Shown here: positions 21,151 through 32,075 of the stretch, one piece after another
Position numbering within the stretch: the first letter of the stretch is position 1
Layout: every line of letters starts with the position of its first letter
Assembly (NCBI GenBank): GCA_965372795.1
Contig: CBDVDR010000006.1
Location: 32,001-96,000, forward strand
DNA: 64,000 nt
Reading direction: 5' to 3'
Source of the DNA: an uncultured bacterium
GTDB taxonomy: Bacteria > Zixibacteria > MSB-5A5 > GN15 > FEB-12
The notes under the pieces: generated by a model
Database searches by the model: none
Told to the model about the DNA's origin: nothing
What the model saw: only the letters and a program-made list of their open reading frames with translations
Made by a program: the position numbers and the translations under genes

Positions 21151-22737
21151 TTAGATTCCCAATGCCTTAATAAAATATTCCGATTTCAAACTCTCTTCGG
21201 TGCCTCTTTCCAGAAGATTCTGCCAATCATAGCGACTGCCAAACCTTAAATAATTTTGCACCAGAAACGCTTTGGTCATAGCGTTGCCTTCAAAATCGGT
21301 ATAATTATTCTTTATATATGCAACCGTTTGAGCTGTTATCATATCAGCATAGAGATAATTCTGCATATATACAGGGTGGGTATTATAATAAAACAGAGCT
21401 GCCCATGGTTTGATATCTTCGTGGCGGGGAAGCATCATATATTCATCAACTAAATTCCAATATAATTTATTCAGATTGGCTTGTGAATTTGTATAAGCCT
21501 GAAGTTCAAATTGCAATCTAACTAAAGTAGTGCGAAGATAGATTATATCCTGTTCATGTTTGGCTTCAATATAACGCTTGGCAACCGGTTCCGGCACGGA
21601 AGCATATTTTAATAAACCCTCTTTACTTTCGATAAGCGAAGCAAAAATCTGAGCAATTGCCTCGGTCCATACTCCTGAAATCCAGTTTTTGAAAAGATGA
21701 CTTTTCTGAGAGATATGAGCAGCATAAAGAGTGTGCCCGATTTCATGTAAGAGGGTGCGGGTGCTGTATAATCCGTTAGTTAAATTCCCAAGCACTCTCA
21801 TATCATGTGGCGGTTTAATCTGAAAAGCATAAGCAGCCTGTGATTTTCCTTCACGCGGTTCAAGATCAAAATATATCGGAAGTTTATCGATATTGATATC
21901 AATATCTTCAAGCGCATCTTTGATAAAATACATTTGTGAATCGATTGGGAAATATCGGTCAACGTCGTTTTGAACATCGGCATAGGCATACCCAAGATCC
22001 CAGACCTGAAGCTGGTTGACCTGAAGTTTTTGTTTTATTTTTTCAAGGATCGTCTGGTATGGTGCCCGGCTTAGCTCGTCTAAGTTTTTGAGCAATTGTT
22101 TATATTCATCAAGTTTCAGTGATTGCTGTTTGAATGAAAATGAAAAGTAATTACTGTACCCATGCTTTCCGGCGGCTTGGTTGCGGAGTCGGAACAGTCG
22201 TTCCATTTTATCAGAGAGTTCTAATCCAATAGAAGTCCAGGCTTTGTAGGCTGATTCGCGAATTGAACGATTACGATTGGTGCGGAAAATTTTATAAAGT
22301 TCATTGGATGTTTTTTGTTCACCATTATAATCAGCCCGATAGTTCATGTCGATGGTTGATATTGAATCTCTAAGGGCTGCAATCTTTGAAGATGATTCAA
22401 TATCCGGAGAATTAAAAGCGTTATTCAGCATTTCCCATCGGGTAACATCAGCATCATCAGAGATATTTTTTTTCCCTTTGGCAATTTTACTCGCTGTCTC
22501 TTCATCTGATAGAAGATACGCGTAAAGGTCTTCGTAGTATTTTAGAGAATCCTTTTTACCGGTTGTGTAGTAGGTCCAGCGTTCGAGATTTATGCGATAG
22601 TCGAGCCACTCAATTTTTTGTTCTAACGAATCCATCAAAATTAGAATATCAGAGGCAGCAACATTCTTAACCGGTGCTATTATCAAAATTAATATCACGA
22701 GAACAAAACTTATAGAAAAAATTGAAATCCGTTTCAT
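21151..22737 (-). CDS. Exported gluzincin metallopeptidase (M2/M3/M32-like)
   Basis: N-terminal signal peptide; HEIGH plus downstream WTEAIA third ligand; helical oligopeptidase-like body. Confidence 0.78.
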   Translation of the reverse strand: MKRISIFSISFVLVILILIIAPVKNVAASDILILMDSLEQKIEWLDYRINLERWTYYTTGKKDSLKYYEDLYAYLLSDEETASKIAKGKKNISDDADVTRWEMLNNAFNSPDIESSSKIAALRDSISTIDMNYRADYNGEQKTSNELYKIFRTNRNRSIRESAYKAWTSIGLELSDKMERLFRLRNQAAGKHGYSNYFSFSFKQQSLKLDEYKQLLKNLDELSRAPYQTILEKIKQKLQVNQLQVWDLGYAYADVQNDVDRYFPIDSQMYFIKDALEDIDINIDKLPIYFDLEPREGKSQAAYAFQIKPPHDMRVLGNLTNGLYSTRTLLHEIGHTLYAAHISQKSHLFKNWISGVWTEAIAQIFASLIESKEGLLKYASVPEPVAKRYIEAKHEQDIIYLRTTLVRLQFELQAYTNSQANLNKLYWNLVDEYMMLPRHEDIKPWAALFYYNTHPVYMQNYLYADMITAQTVAYIKNNYTDFEGNAMTKAFLVQNYLRFGSRYDWQNLLERGTEESLKSEYFIKALGI

Positions 22738-22743
22738 TATAAA

Positions 22744-23193
22744 TTATCCTTTAGTATTATCAGCAAAATAAGATAAAGCCATCGCATAGCCATAGTATCC
22801 AAACCCAACAACATGTCCGATGCAAATCGGCGCAATTACCGATTTATGACGGAACTCTTCCCGGCTGTAAATATTTGAGATATGAACCTCAACCGTTGGA
22901 GTTTCAACTGCCGAAATAGCATCACGCAAGGCGTAACTGTAATGAGTTAATGCGCCCGGATTTATTATTATGCCATCGGCTTCAAAACCATTGTCATGGA
23001 TAAAATCAATAATTGCTGACTCGGAATTGGACTGGAAAAATGTTAGTTCGACTTTAAGGTCATCAGCCACGTTTTGTAGTCGATTGTTAAGTTCATCCAG
23101 AGTCGTAGTTCCGTAAACTTCCGGTTCACGTTTTCCGAGCAGATTCAGGTTTGGTCCATTTATTACCAAAATTTTAGGCAATTTTTCCTCCAT
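22744..23193 (-). CDS. aroQ: Type II 3-dehydroquinate dehydratase
   Basis: NGPNLNLLGKREPEVYG, INPGALTHYS and EVHISN motifs. Confidence 0.96.
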   Translation of the reverse strand: MEEKLPKILVINGPNLNLLGKREPEVYGTTTLDELNNRLQNVADDLKVELTFFQSNSESAIIDFIHDNGFEADGIIINPGALTHYSYALRDAISAVETPTVEVHISNIYSREEFRHKSVIAPICIGHVVGFGYYGYAMALSYFADNTKG

Positions 23194-24286
23194 GATTTTC
23201 ATAAAGCTTGATCATCTCTTTTAAAGATTTTTTAATCAAAGCTTTGCTTATTCCTTTTCTTATAAAAGGCTTTCCCGGCTTTTTAAGCAAGATGAAATTA
23301 ATATCGTCACCTTGACGCTTTTTATCAAGTGCCATCGCAGACAACAGCTCGTTTTCAGCCAGATTAATTTTTGGAATTTGCTGTATCGCATTTAAAATAA
23401 GCGATTTATAGCTTTTTAACGCATTCTTAGTTTTAGGATCAATTTTTTCGCTCAGCGCAACAGTTCCAAGTAATCCGATTAAAACAGCTTCACCATGCGA
23501 TATTTTTTTATACCCGTTTATTTTTTCAATCGCATGACCAAAAGTGTGCCCCAGATTTAATAGCATTCGCAGGCGATTTTCTGTTTCATCCCGACTGACA
23601 ATATCTGACTTATATGAAGCTGATAATATAATTAGTTTTTTAAGATATCTATCATCATATCGGTTTTCTGATAATAAATAATTATTGGTAAGTTTTAAAT
23701 AATCAGCACCGATCAATCCGGCATATTTGATGATTTCCCCTAAGCCGCACATAATCTCTTTTTCAGACAAGGTTTGTAAATATTCAGTATTGCAAAAGAC
23801 AAATGACGGTTGATGAAATGCCCCGATAAGATTTTTGCCTTCGGAATGATTTATCCCGGTTTTGCCGCCAATTGAAGCATCAACCATCCCAAGCAATGTT
23901 GTTGATACTATCCCCCATCTAACTCCTCTTAATACTGAAGCAGCAAGATAACCGACCAGATCGCTGGTAACCCCGCCTCCACAGGCAAGAATGAAATCGG
24001 TTCGGCTTATTTTTTCAGACAGAAGATAAGAATGAAGTTTTGACAACATTCTTTCAGATTTTATTTTTTCACCGGATGGCAAAACCATCAGGTTAGTACC
24101 TTTAAATTTTTTAAGAACTTTTAAAATCCCAACATGATGCAAAGCATAGAAATTTGCATCGACAAAAACAAACAGCTTTCCGGATTTTACATGTTTGGTA
24201 AGCTGCTGTTCAAGTTTTTCTAATCCGGATGATTCGATGATGACCGGATATAAATTTTTATGAAGTTTTACTTTAACTGTTGGCAT
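23174..24286 (-). CDS. aroB: 3-dehydroquinate synthase
   Basis: GGGVTSDLVG, DASIGGKTGIN, LNLGHTFGHAIE and HGEAV motifs. Confidence 0.95.
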   Translation of the reverse strand: MPTVKVKLHKNLYPVIIESSGLEKLEQQLTKHVKSGKLFVFVDANFYALHHVGILKVLKKFKGTNLMVLPSGEKIKSERMLSKLHSYLLSEKISRTDFILACGGGVTSDLVGYLAASVLRGVRWGIVSTTLLGMVDASIGGKTGINHSEGKNLIGAFHQPSFVFCNTEYLQTLSEKEIMCGLGEIIKYAGLIGADYLKLTNNYLLSENRYDDRYLKKLIILSASYKSDIVSRDETENRLRMLLNLGHTFGHAIEKINGYKKISHGEAVLIGLLGTVALSEKIDPKTKNALKSYKSLILNAIQQIPKINLAENELLSAMALDKKRQGDDINFILLKKPGKPFIRKGISKALIKKSLKEMIKLYENHGGKIA

Positions 24287-24809
24287 CTAACCTTTTCAAT
24301 TTCTTTATAATTTCATTAACTGTCTGATTGATAGTTTTACTCGTCGTTAATACTATTATATCGGCTTTTTTATAGTTTCCCCTTCTTTTTTCAAGAAGCT
24401 GACCTAATTTTGCCAAGAATGCTATTCGTGAGATTGGTTGTCCAGAGTTCAGCAAAGGACGGTCAGTATGGCTTTTAAGACGTTTGTAAATTTCAGTTTT
24501 AGCACAACTTAGATAAACAGTATAACCGCTATCTTTCAGTTTTTTACGATTATGGGCTGATTGAAAAGCACCGCCACCTAAGGCGGCAACACTCGATCTA
24601 TTATCGTTTATTATTTTCGTAATTGTTTCAAATTCATATATTCTGAAGGATTTTTCACCTTGAGTTTTGAAAATATTTGAAATTGTTTTCCTCTGCTTCT
24701 TTTCTATCATTGCATCAGAATCGACAAAGTTGAGCTTCAGTTTCTGAGCCAGTTTTGGACCGACAGTTGATTTGCCTGAACCGGATAAGCCTATTAAATA
24801 AATATTCAT
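24273..24809 (-). CDS. aroK: Shikimate kinase
   Basis: GLSGSGKST, DSD, FRIYE, LGGG and RPLL motifs. Confidence 0.94.
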   Translation of the reverse strand: MNIYLIGLSGSGKSTVGPKLAQKLKLNFVDSDAMIEKKQRKTISNIFKTQGEKSFRIYEFETITKIINDNRSSVAALGGGAFQSAHNRKKLKDSGYTVYLSCAKTEIYKRLKSHTDRPLLNSGQPISRIAFLAKLGQLLEKRRGNYKKADIIVLTTSKTINQTVNEIIKKLKRLDANS

Positions 24810-24820
24810 ATTGTTTATTC

Positions 24821-25657
24821 TTATTCGGGAAACACTAAAGTATATAATTTATCGATATCAACATCCAAACCAGACCAGATATTGAAAGATTTAACAGCCT
24901 GGGCAACCAGCATCATTTTTCCATTAATTGAGATATTACCTGCTGATTTAGCAAGTTTTACAATTTTGTTGTCAGAATTATAGTTCAGATCAAAATATGC
25001 AAGCTCTGCATTTTCAAATAAATTATCATGTACAGGAAATACGTCAGGATAATTAAATCCTCCGAGCGGAGTACAATTGACAACAATATCAGTATTTGCC
25101 TCAATGGCCTGATTAGTTAAAATCGGATTAGTTGTCAAAGAAAAAGCAGCCTCGGGGAAATTTTTATTTAAGATTTCTATCGCAGCTTCTGTTTTTAATC
25201 TGTCTCTTGCGGCAATAATAAATTTTCTAACATTAAAATCATTATACAAAGCAAAGATAATAGCTTGAGCGGCTCCCCCTATGCCAAGGATAATCGCTTT
25301 ATTAAAATTTTTATTTCCCGCTAACCTTTTTAAGCTTTCTGAAAATCCAAAGCAATCGGTATTGTGCCCGATTAATTGATTATTGGTTATATGTACTGAA
25401 TTAACCGAACCGGTCTGTCGGGCAGAAATATCAATTTTGTCAAGATATTGCATGACTTCTTTTTTATGAGGAATTGTCACAGAAAAACCATTAAAAGAAT
25501 TATCTTTCAACCAGATCAATTTTTCTGAAATTTCTTCCTTGGGACAATCAATAATTTCAAATTGACCTTTAAGATTCAACAACGAAAAAATAGCTTCGAA
25601 GATATCTTTGGATTTGGAGTATCCAATATTTTGTCCCAAAACCGCAAATTTTAACAT
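24821..25657 (-). CDS. aroE: Shikimate dehydrogenase
   Basis: VTIPHK, GSVN, GHNTD, LGIGGAA and NCTPLG motifs. Confidence 0.93.
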   Translation of the reverse strand: MLKFAVLGQNIGYSKSKDIFEAIFSLLNLKGQFEIIDCPKEEISEKLIWLKDNSFNGFSVTIPHKKEVMQYLDKIDISARQTGSVNSVHITNNQLIGHNTDCFGFSESLKRLAGNKNFNKAIILGIGGAAQAIIFALYNDFNVRKFIIAARDRLKTEAAIEILNKNFPEAAFSLTTNPILTNQAIEANTDIVVNCTPLGGFNYPDVFPVHDNLFENAELAYFDLNYNSDNKIVKLAKSAGNISINGKMMLVAQAVKSFNIWSGLDVDIDKLYTLVFPE

Positions 25658-25662
25658 AAGTA

Positions 25663-27003
25663 TTACTGAGTTATCTGTTTGAGAATATCATAAAAATTCG
25701 GACAGGAAATCCGAACAACTTCTTCATCATCGATTGTTGAAGGACCAATTAAAAACATAGCCGCAATCGAAAATGCCATTGCAATCCGATGATCTCCGAA
25801 CGATTTAAAATCTGCTCCAGTAAAATCTTTGCCGCCTTCAACGGCAAGTCCATCATCAAGCAAACCATGTTTGACTCCCATAAGAGTCAAATTTTTACTG
25901 ACTGCTTTAAGACGATCCGATTCCTTTACTTTCAATTCTGCAGCATCACGAATCAGAGTTGTACCTTTTGCAAAAGCCGCGATAACAGCGATGATCGGGA
26001 TTTCATCAATTAAACTAATGGTCTTATCTTTTTGAATTTTTCGACTGGAAAGCTTCCCGCCGGTGACAGTGACGCTCCCGCGTGGTTCTCCGCTGATAAT
26101 CTGTTTATTCTCAATTCTGATTTTGCAGCCAATATTTTTCAAATAATCTAAAAAAGCTGTGCGGGTCGGGTTTAATCCAAGATTTTCAACAGTTACCGTT
26201 CCACCAGAAATCGCAGCGGCAGCAAAGAAAAATGAAGCCGTTGAGATATCTCCGGGGATATCAACAATGCCTCCGTTAATTTTTGCCTGAGCAGTAAGTT
26301 TAATTTCTTTCTTAAAATCTTCCGGCATTTTCATTTTCTTTTTTCGTGGATCAATAGGATCAGGCACCGGTACCGGTTTTATCTTTCTTATGATTATACC
26401 TTCACCAAGATTTTCAATCAATATCTCGGTATGATCCCGGGTAATTGATTCCTCCCGGACCGTGACCGAGCAGTTTGAAGCTAAGCCGGCAAGTAGAACC
26501 GCTGATTTAACCTGTGCCGATGGCACCGGCAGACGATATTCAAACGGCAGAAGTTTCGCTCCTCTGATTTTCATCGGTAACCGGTTTTCATTTGAGAAAA
26601 ATTCCGCACCCATTTTTGTTAACGGATCTATTATTCTTTTCATAGGACGGGAGCTTAATGATTCATCGCCCGAAAGAGTTAATTCGATATTTTTACCGGA
26701 TACAATTCCGGCAAGCATTCTGACCGTTGTTCCTGAATTTCCACAGTCGATAATTGTATCATCAGTTGATATGATTGTCTCAGGAGGAGTGAGAATTAAT
26801 TTTCCATCAACTTCCTCTACATTCACACCAAGTTTTTTAGCAGCCTCCAATGAACTGTTACAATCAGCGTTATCAGGAAAATTTATAATTTCAATCGGTT
26901 CAGATGCTATTATTGAAAAAAGTGCCGCCCGGTGAGCTATAGATTTATCGCCGGGGACTTTTATTGTTCCGTTTATTTTTGAAACCGGATCAATTGTTTT
27001 CAT
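25663..27003 (-). CDS. aroA: EPSP synthase
   Basis: PGDKSIAHR, DCGNSGTT, SAQVKSA, RDHTE, KESDR and DHRIAM motifs; ATGA overlap at 27003. Confidence 0.96.
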   Translation of the reverse strand: MKTIDPVSKINGTIKVPGDKSIAHRAALFSIIASEPIEIINFPDNADCNSSLEAAKKLGVNVEEVDGKLILTPPETIISTDDTIIDCGNSGTTVRMLAGIVSGKNIELTLSGDESLSSRPMKRIIDPLTKMGAEFFSNENRLPMKIRGAKLLPFEYRLPVPSAQVKSAVLLAGLASNCSVTVREESITRDHTEILIENLGEGIIIRKIKPVPVPDPIDPRKKKMKMPEDFKKEIKLTAQAKINGGIVDIPGDISTASFFFAAAAISGGTVTVENLGLNPTRTAFLDYLKNIGCKIRIENKQIISGEPRGSVTVTGGKLSSRKIQKDKTISLIDEIPIIAVIAAFAKGTTLIRDAAELKVKESDRLKAVSKNLTLMGVKHGLLDDGLAVEGGKDFTGADFKSFGDHRIAMAFSIAAMFLIGPSTIDDEEVVRISCPNFYDILKQITQ

Positions 27004-28019
27004 TCGCCACAAGTCCTGTTTACAACTCCTGCCATAGCCCGCATTTCATCCATCAATTGATCAAACATATTCGGGAGCAACGATTGGGGACCGTCAGACA
27101 TCGCATTGGCAGGATCGTGATGTACTTCAATTAATAATCCATCGGCGCCAACCGCAAGCGAGGCTCTTGAGAGAGGAAGAATTTTGTCTCGTTTGCCTGT
27201 CCCATGACTTGGATCGGATAAAATAGGCAGATGGCTGTTTCGTTTTACATATGGTATTGCAGAAAGGTCAAGCGTGTTCCTGGTGTGATCGGCAAAAGTT
27301 CTTACGCCGCGTTCACAAAGAATAACATTCTTATTACCTTCGCTCATAATATATTCTGCTGCCATTAGAAATTCTTCTAAAGTAGCAGCCATTCCCCGTT
27401 TCAGCAACACCGGTTTATTGAGCTGACCGGCTTTTCGCAACAGGGTGTAATTCTGCATATTTCTGGCACCAATCTGAATAATGTCCGTATAGTCGGCAAC
27501 AATTCCAATGGTGTCAGTATCAATTGCTTCGGTAACTATCAGCATTCCGAACTTTTCACGAACTTCTGCTAATATTTTCAGACCCTCTTCTTTCATACCC
27601 TGAAAGCTATATGGGGAAGTACGAGGTTTGTAGGCACCACCTCGGAAAATCTTTGCTCCGGCATTGGCAACCGACTCTGCAATCGTCATACATTGATCCC
27701 GGCTTTCAACTGAACAGGGACCGGCCATCACGATAAATTCTTTACCGCCAATTTTAACGCCATTGATATCAATAACCGTATTTTCCGGATAAAACTCACG
27801 GCTAACTAATTTATAAGGTTTGGTTACATGAATAATATCCTGAACGCCCGGCTGGGCTAAGATATGATCGGAATCTACTTGAGACTTATTTCCAGTTACC
27901 CCGATAGCAGTACGAAGCGATCCGGGAATGGCATGAGGTTTCAAACCCATTTTTGTAATTTCACGACAAACATGTTCAACCATCTTATCAGTAGCTTTGC
28001 TTTCCATTACGACAAGCAT
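27000..28019 (-). CDS. aroF: DAHP synthase, type I-beta with N-terminal regulatory domain (copy 1)
   Basis: [32 protein letters not shown] and DPSHG motifs. Confidence 0.95.
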   Translation of the reverse strand: MLVVMESKATDKMVEHVCREITKMGLKPHAIPGSLRTAIGVTGNKSQVDSDHILAQPGVQDIIHVTKPYKLVSREFYPENTVIDINGVKIGGKEFIVMAGPCSVESRDQCMTIAESVANAGAKIFRGGAYKPRTSPYSFQGMKEEGLKILAEVREKFGMLIVTEAIDTDTIGIVADYTDIIQIGARNMQNYTLLRKAGQLNKPVLLKRGMAATLEEFLMAAEYIMSEGNKNVILCERGVRTFADHTRNTLDLSAIPYVKRNSHLPILSDPSHGTGKRDKILPLSRASLAVGADGLLIEVHHDPANAMSDGPQSLLPNMFDQLMDEMRAMAGVVNRTCGE

Positions 28020-28861
28020 TTATAACTCCTTGAAGCAGCTTTAAAAATGTCACTTAGTGACTTGTTGTTCTTTACCAATTTAGTGACTAAATCTATGTTA
28101 TCCCGGTAAACTTGCAAGGCTTTTATTATTTCTTCTCTATTTTGTTCGATAATTTCTGACCAGACAGAATATGGCGATCCAGCCAGTCGGAGCATCGATT
28201 TAAGACCCGGACCGGCAAGTTCGATCAATTCGGGGTTAATTTGCGCCCCTAATATTGTCGAAATCAGTTGTGGAAGATGAGATATTTCAGAAACAATTTC
28301 ATCATGCATTGTTGGTGAGATATAAACCGGAACAGCATTGAGTTTTTTTACCATCCAGTCTAATCGATACTTATTATTATCACTTAATTTAACAGTCTCA
28401 TCAAGATACCAGGCATGATCTTTAAAAAGCTTATCCGATGAATTTTCAAAACCTTTACGCTCTCTTCCCGCCATGGGATGGGTAGGAAGGAATTGAGTAC
28501 CAGTGGGGAAATTCAAGCTTTGAGCAAGTTTTGCAATTGGAGTTTTTACTGCTCCGGTATCAATTATCAGACAATCGGTCAGACTTTTTAGCTTCGAGAG
28601 AGTAACCAGCATTTTTTCATTAGCTTTATGAGGAGCTGATAGAATAACAATATCTGAGCCTTCAACTGCCTGTTGTATTTTTGGATCGCTCTTGAGGTTA
28701 AATCGTTTGTCTTTTTTTAGTCCGGTTAAGACCGGCTTTAGATCAAAAGCAGTGATGTTGAAATTTTTCCGGCGTGATGATCCTTTGAGAAAATCAAGTG
28801 CCATACATCCGCCGATTAAGCCAAATCCGCAAATAGTGATTTTATTAACAGTTTTTTTCAT
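28007..28861 (-). CDS. tyrA: Prephenate/arogenate dehydrogenase
   Basis: GFGLIGG, DTGAVK, HPMAG and HDEIVSEISHLPQ motifs. Confidence 0.9.
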   Translation of the reverse strand: MKKTVNKITICGFGLIGGCMALDFLKGSSRRKNFNITAFDLKPVLTGLKKDKRFNLKSDPKIQQAVEGSDIVILSAPHKANEKMLVTLSKLKSLTDCLIIDTGAVKTPIAKLAQSLNFPTGTQFLPTHPMAGRERKGFENSSDKLFKDHAWYLDETVKLSDNNKYRLDWMVKKLNAVPVYISPTMHDEIVSEISHLPQLISTILGAQINPELIELAGPGLKSMLRLAGSPYSVWSEIIEQNREEIIKALQVYRDNIDLVTKLVKNNKSLSDIFKAASRSYKCLS

Positions 28862-30672
28862 TACATCTCTTCCGGAGCTTTTAAGCCAAGCAAGTATAAC
28901 CCATCTTTCAAAACTTCCTGAACAGCCTTAACAAGAGCAATACGAGCAGAAGTTAAATTTTTGTCCTCAGAAATAATTTTATCACTCTTGCCGTTTTCAT
29001 TTTTCCGCTGATAGAATTTATTAAACGAAGACGATAATTTAATTAAAAATGAAGTTATAATATTCGGTTCATAGTTTCTGGCGGCATCAGCTATTATTTG
29101 AGGGTAGTCAGCGAGATGCTCGATAATCCTTTGTTCTTCTTCGTTATTTAACAAAGCAAAATCTATTTCCTGAATTATTTCTTCTTTGTATTTTCTCATT
29201 AAAGAACATAATCGGGCATGAGTGTATTGAAGATATGGTCCGGTTTCTCCTTCAAAATTAAGCACTTCCTCCCAGATAAAATTGACATCCTTTTGACGCT
29301 TCACCGAAAGTTGAGAGAAAATAACCGCTCCAACTCCAATAATCTGGGCTGTTTCATCGACAGCTTCTAAATCTGGATTCTTCTCGTTGATCTTATCTTT
29401 GGCAAGTGCTACTGCCTTATTGATTACATCTTCAAGGAATATGATATTACCCTGACGGGTCGACATAGCTTTATCGCCAAATTTCACCCATCCGAACGGA
29501 ATATGTTTAACTCTATCAGACATTCGTTTTTCTTCAGGGAGTTTCTCAGCCGTTTCCATAATCTCAACCGCTTTAAAAATCTGCTTAAAATGATCAGCCT
29601 GTGATGCACCCACGATATAGAGTGATTCGTAAAATTTGTATTTCTCCCACCGATAAATCAGACCGGCAATATCTCGAGTGGCGTACAGAGTAGCTCCATC
29701 GGCTTTTTTTAATAAAACCGGTGGTAACTGTTCATCATGCAGGTCAATAATTAAAGCATTTTGAGAGATTTCGGTGATATTATCCTTCTCCAACCGTTCA
29801 ATTACAGCATCCATTTTATCATTAAAAAACGATTCCCCGGTGACCTCATCAAACTCAACATCGAGAATTTCAAAAATACGGTAGAATTCATCCATCGAAA
29901 CAACTTTGAATTGCTCCCACAAATCAACCATCTCCGCATCACCATTCTCAAGTTTCCGGAATGCTTCCCGCGCTTCATCATCAAGGGATTTATCTTTTTC
30001 AGCTTCGGTGTGAAATTTCACATATAGCTCAAGGATCGATTTAATATCACGTTCTACTACCGGGATATCACTGCCCCATTTTTGATAAGCAACTATCATC
30101 TTCCCGAATTGAGTACCCCAGTCGCCTAAAAAATTAATTCCAACCACATCGTATCCGAGTTTTGTAAAAATACGACGCAGGGAATTACCAATAACGGTTG
30201 AGCGCAGATGACCTACTCCAAACGGTTTGGCAATATTAGCCGAGCAATACTCAATTAGATATGGTTTCCCATTGCCTTCATCGCTTTGCCCATATTTTTC
30301 TTTTGAAGTTAAAATATCCTCAAGGGTTTCACCGGCTAAAATTGTAAAATCTACTTGAACATTTATAAATCCACCAACCGCAATTGTTGTTAAAGGGGAT
30401 GGAATATCAATCTCTTCAGAAAGATCTTTGATAGACTGACTAATTTTACTGGCAATATCATTTGGTTTTTCTTTAAGAAGTCCACCAAACCTGAAGACAG
30501 GAAGCGCAATTCGTCCCATTTTAGGATCTTTGGGTTTGTCCAGACAAGAAAGAATGTAATTTTCGGCAAAAACCTGCTCATCACCAACAGCATCATAAAA
30601 TTCAGGATATACAATCTTAAATGCCTCAGCCGCTGCTGACGCAAATTGCTTTTCAAAACTAATTTTTTCCAT
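28861..30672 (-). CDS. argS: Arginine-tRNA ligase
   Basis: NIAKPFGVGHLRST, GDWGTQFG, YATRD, MSTRQG, GPYLQYTHAR and C-terminal PEEM. Confidence 0.96.
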   Translation of the reverse strand: MEKISFEKQFASAAAEAFKIVYPEFYDAVGDEQVFAENYILSCLDKPKDPKMGRIALPVFRFGGLLKEKPNDIASKISQSIKDLSEEIDIPSPLTTIAVGGFINVQVDFTILAGETLEDILTSKEKYGQSDEGNGKPYLIEYCSANIAKPFGVGHLRSTVIGNSLRRIFTKLGYDVVGINFLGDWGTQFGKMIVAYQKWGSDIPVVERDIKSILELYVKFHTEAEKDKSLDDEAREAFRKLENGDAEMVDLWEQFKVVSMDEFYRIFEILDVEFDEVTGESFFNDKMDAVIERLEKDNITEISQNALIIDLHDEQLPPVLLKKADGATLYATRDIAGLIYRWEKYKFYESLYIVGASQADHFKQIFKAVEIMETAEKLPEEKRMSDRVKHIPFGWVKFGDKAMSTRQGNIIFLEDVINKAVALAKDKINEKNPDLEAVDETAQIIGVGAVIFSQLSVKRQKDVNFIWEEVLNFEGETGPYLQYTHARLCSLMRKYKEEIIQEIDFALLNNEEEQRIIEHLADYPQIIADAARNYEPNIITSFLIKLSSSFNKFYQRKNENGKSDKIISEDKNLTSARIALVKAVQEVLKDGLYLLGLKAPEEM

Positions 30673-30764
30673 AACAATTTTTCGGTTAATACCGTTAAAT
30701 CCTTTGGGTTATTTTATTCAATTGGTGATAAGAATACGGAGAATTTTGAAAAATTCAACAAATA

Positions 30765-31778
30765 TTAAACAGTTCGATTTACTGCCTTAGCAATAATTTT
30801 TATCTCGTCTACGAGTTTTTGATACTGTTTAAAATATAAGGTCTGAGCGCCATCAGAGAACGCTTTATCAGGATCATAATGTACTTCAATTATCAAACCA
30901 TCAGCACCGGCTGCAACAGCAGCACGAGCCATTGGAGCGACTTTATCACGGATACCGACTCCATGGGAAGGATCAACTATAATCGGTAGATGAGTTAAAC
31001 TTTTTAATACCGGAATCGCAGAGATATCCAGAGTATTACGGGTATAATTTTCAAATGTACGAATACCGCGTTCACATAAAATGACATTGTAATTCCCGCC
31101 TGCCATAATATATTCTGCCGCCATGAGGAGTTCCTGCAGAGTTGCTGACATCCCTCGCTTCAGAAGTATCGGTTTATCTATCTTTCCTAACTCTTTGAGT
31201 AGAGCGAAGTTTTGCATATTGCGTGCGCCAACCTGAATTATGTCGAGGTATTTCAGGGCTGGAATTATATCCATCCGATCCATAATTTCAGAGATTATTA
31301 CGAGATCATTTTCATCGCCAGCTTCCCGTAAATATTTTAAACCTTCTTCACCTAATCCCTGGAAAGCATAAGGAGATGTTCTTGGTTTGTAGGCTCCTCC
31401 CCGAAGACCGGCGGTTTTGGTAGTTTTAACAAATTTAGCAATTTTTTTAATCTGTTGACGGGTCTCAATGGCACATGGTCCCGCGATCAAGCCAACTTTT
31501 TTACTACCAAAGGAAAGTTTGCCAACCTTAACGATTGTATTTTCTTTTTTAAATGATCGACTGGCAAGTTTGTACGGTTCTGAAATTCTTACAACCTCAT
31601 GAACACCATCAAGAACTTCAAATTCACGGATATCAATCACACCGGTATTACCAACAACGCCAAGAACAGTCTGGGTCATGCCGGTTGAGCGATGTATATC
31701 AAAACCACTGTCGAGCAGTTTTTCGTATACTTTTTGAATCTGGCGAACGGTCGCCTTTTCACTCATTATGACTATCAT
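30765..31778 (-). CDS. aroF: DAHP synthase, type I-beta with N-terminal regulatory domain (copy 2)
   Basis: [27 protein letters not shown] and DPSHG motifs. Confidence 0.95.
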   Translation of the reverse strand: MIVIMSEKATVRQIQKVYEKLLDSGFDIHRSTGMTQTVLGVVGNTGVIDIREFEVLDGVHEVVRISEPYKLASRSFKKENTIVKVGKLSFGSKKVGLIAGPCAIETRQQIKKIAKFVKTTKTAGLRGGAYKPRTSPYAFQGLGEEGLKYLREAGDENDLVIISEIMDRMDIIPALKYLDIIQVGARNMQNFALLKELGKIDKPILLKRGMSATLQELLMAAEYIMAGGNYNVILCERGIRTFENYTRNTLDISAIPVLKSLTHLPIIVDPSHGVGIRDKVAPMARAAVAAGADGLIIEVHYDPDKAFSDGAQTLYFKQYQKLVDEIKIIAKAVNRTV

Positions 31779-31784
31779 CGCTCG

Positions 31785-32075
31785 TTATTCCTCTTCCTTG
31801 TCATAAACTTCAGTACGTTCAAGCCGTCGTGATTCATCGATAAGTCTTTCAAATAATCTAACAATAGCATCAGGAGTCAAAGGACCGGGATTTTTATCTG
31901 TAATTTGTACATAAATATCCCTTTCTCTTTTTGGATCAAAAAGCTTCTTGCCAATTTTGATTTTGGCTTTAGCCATATCAAGCACCAGCTCAGCTCTCTG
32001 ATTAAACAGATAAAGCAATTGCAGATCGATTTTATCAATCTCTTTTCTAAGCTTGGTTATGTTCTTTTTGCTCAT
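31785..32075 (-). CDS. Monofunctional chorismate mutase (AroQ class)
   Basis: LRKEIDKID...NQRA...K...DPKRE pattern; TGATG overlap with trpA. Confidence 0.9.
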   Translation of the reverse strand: MSKKNITKLRKEIDKIDLQLLYLFNQRAELVLDMAKAKIKIGKKLFDPKRERDIYVQITDKNPGPLTPDAIVRLFERLIDESRRLERTEVYDKEEE

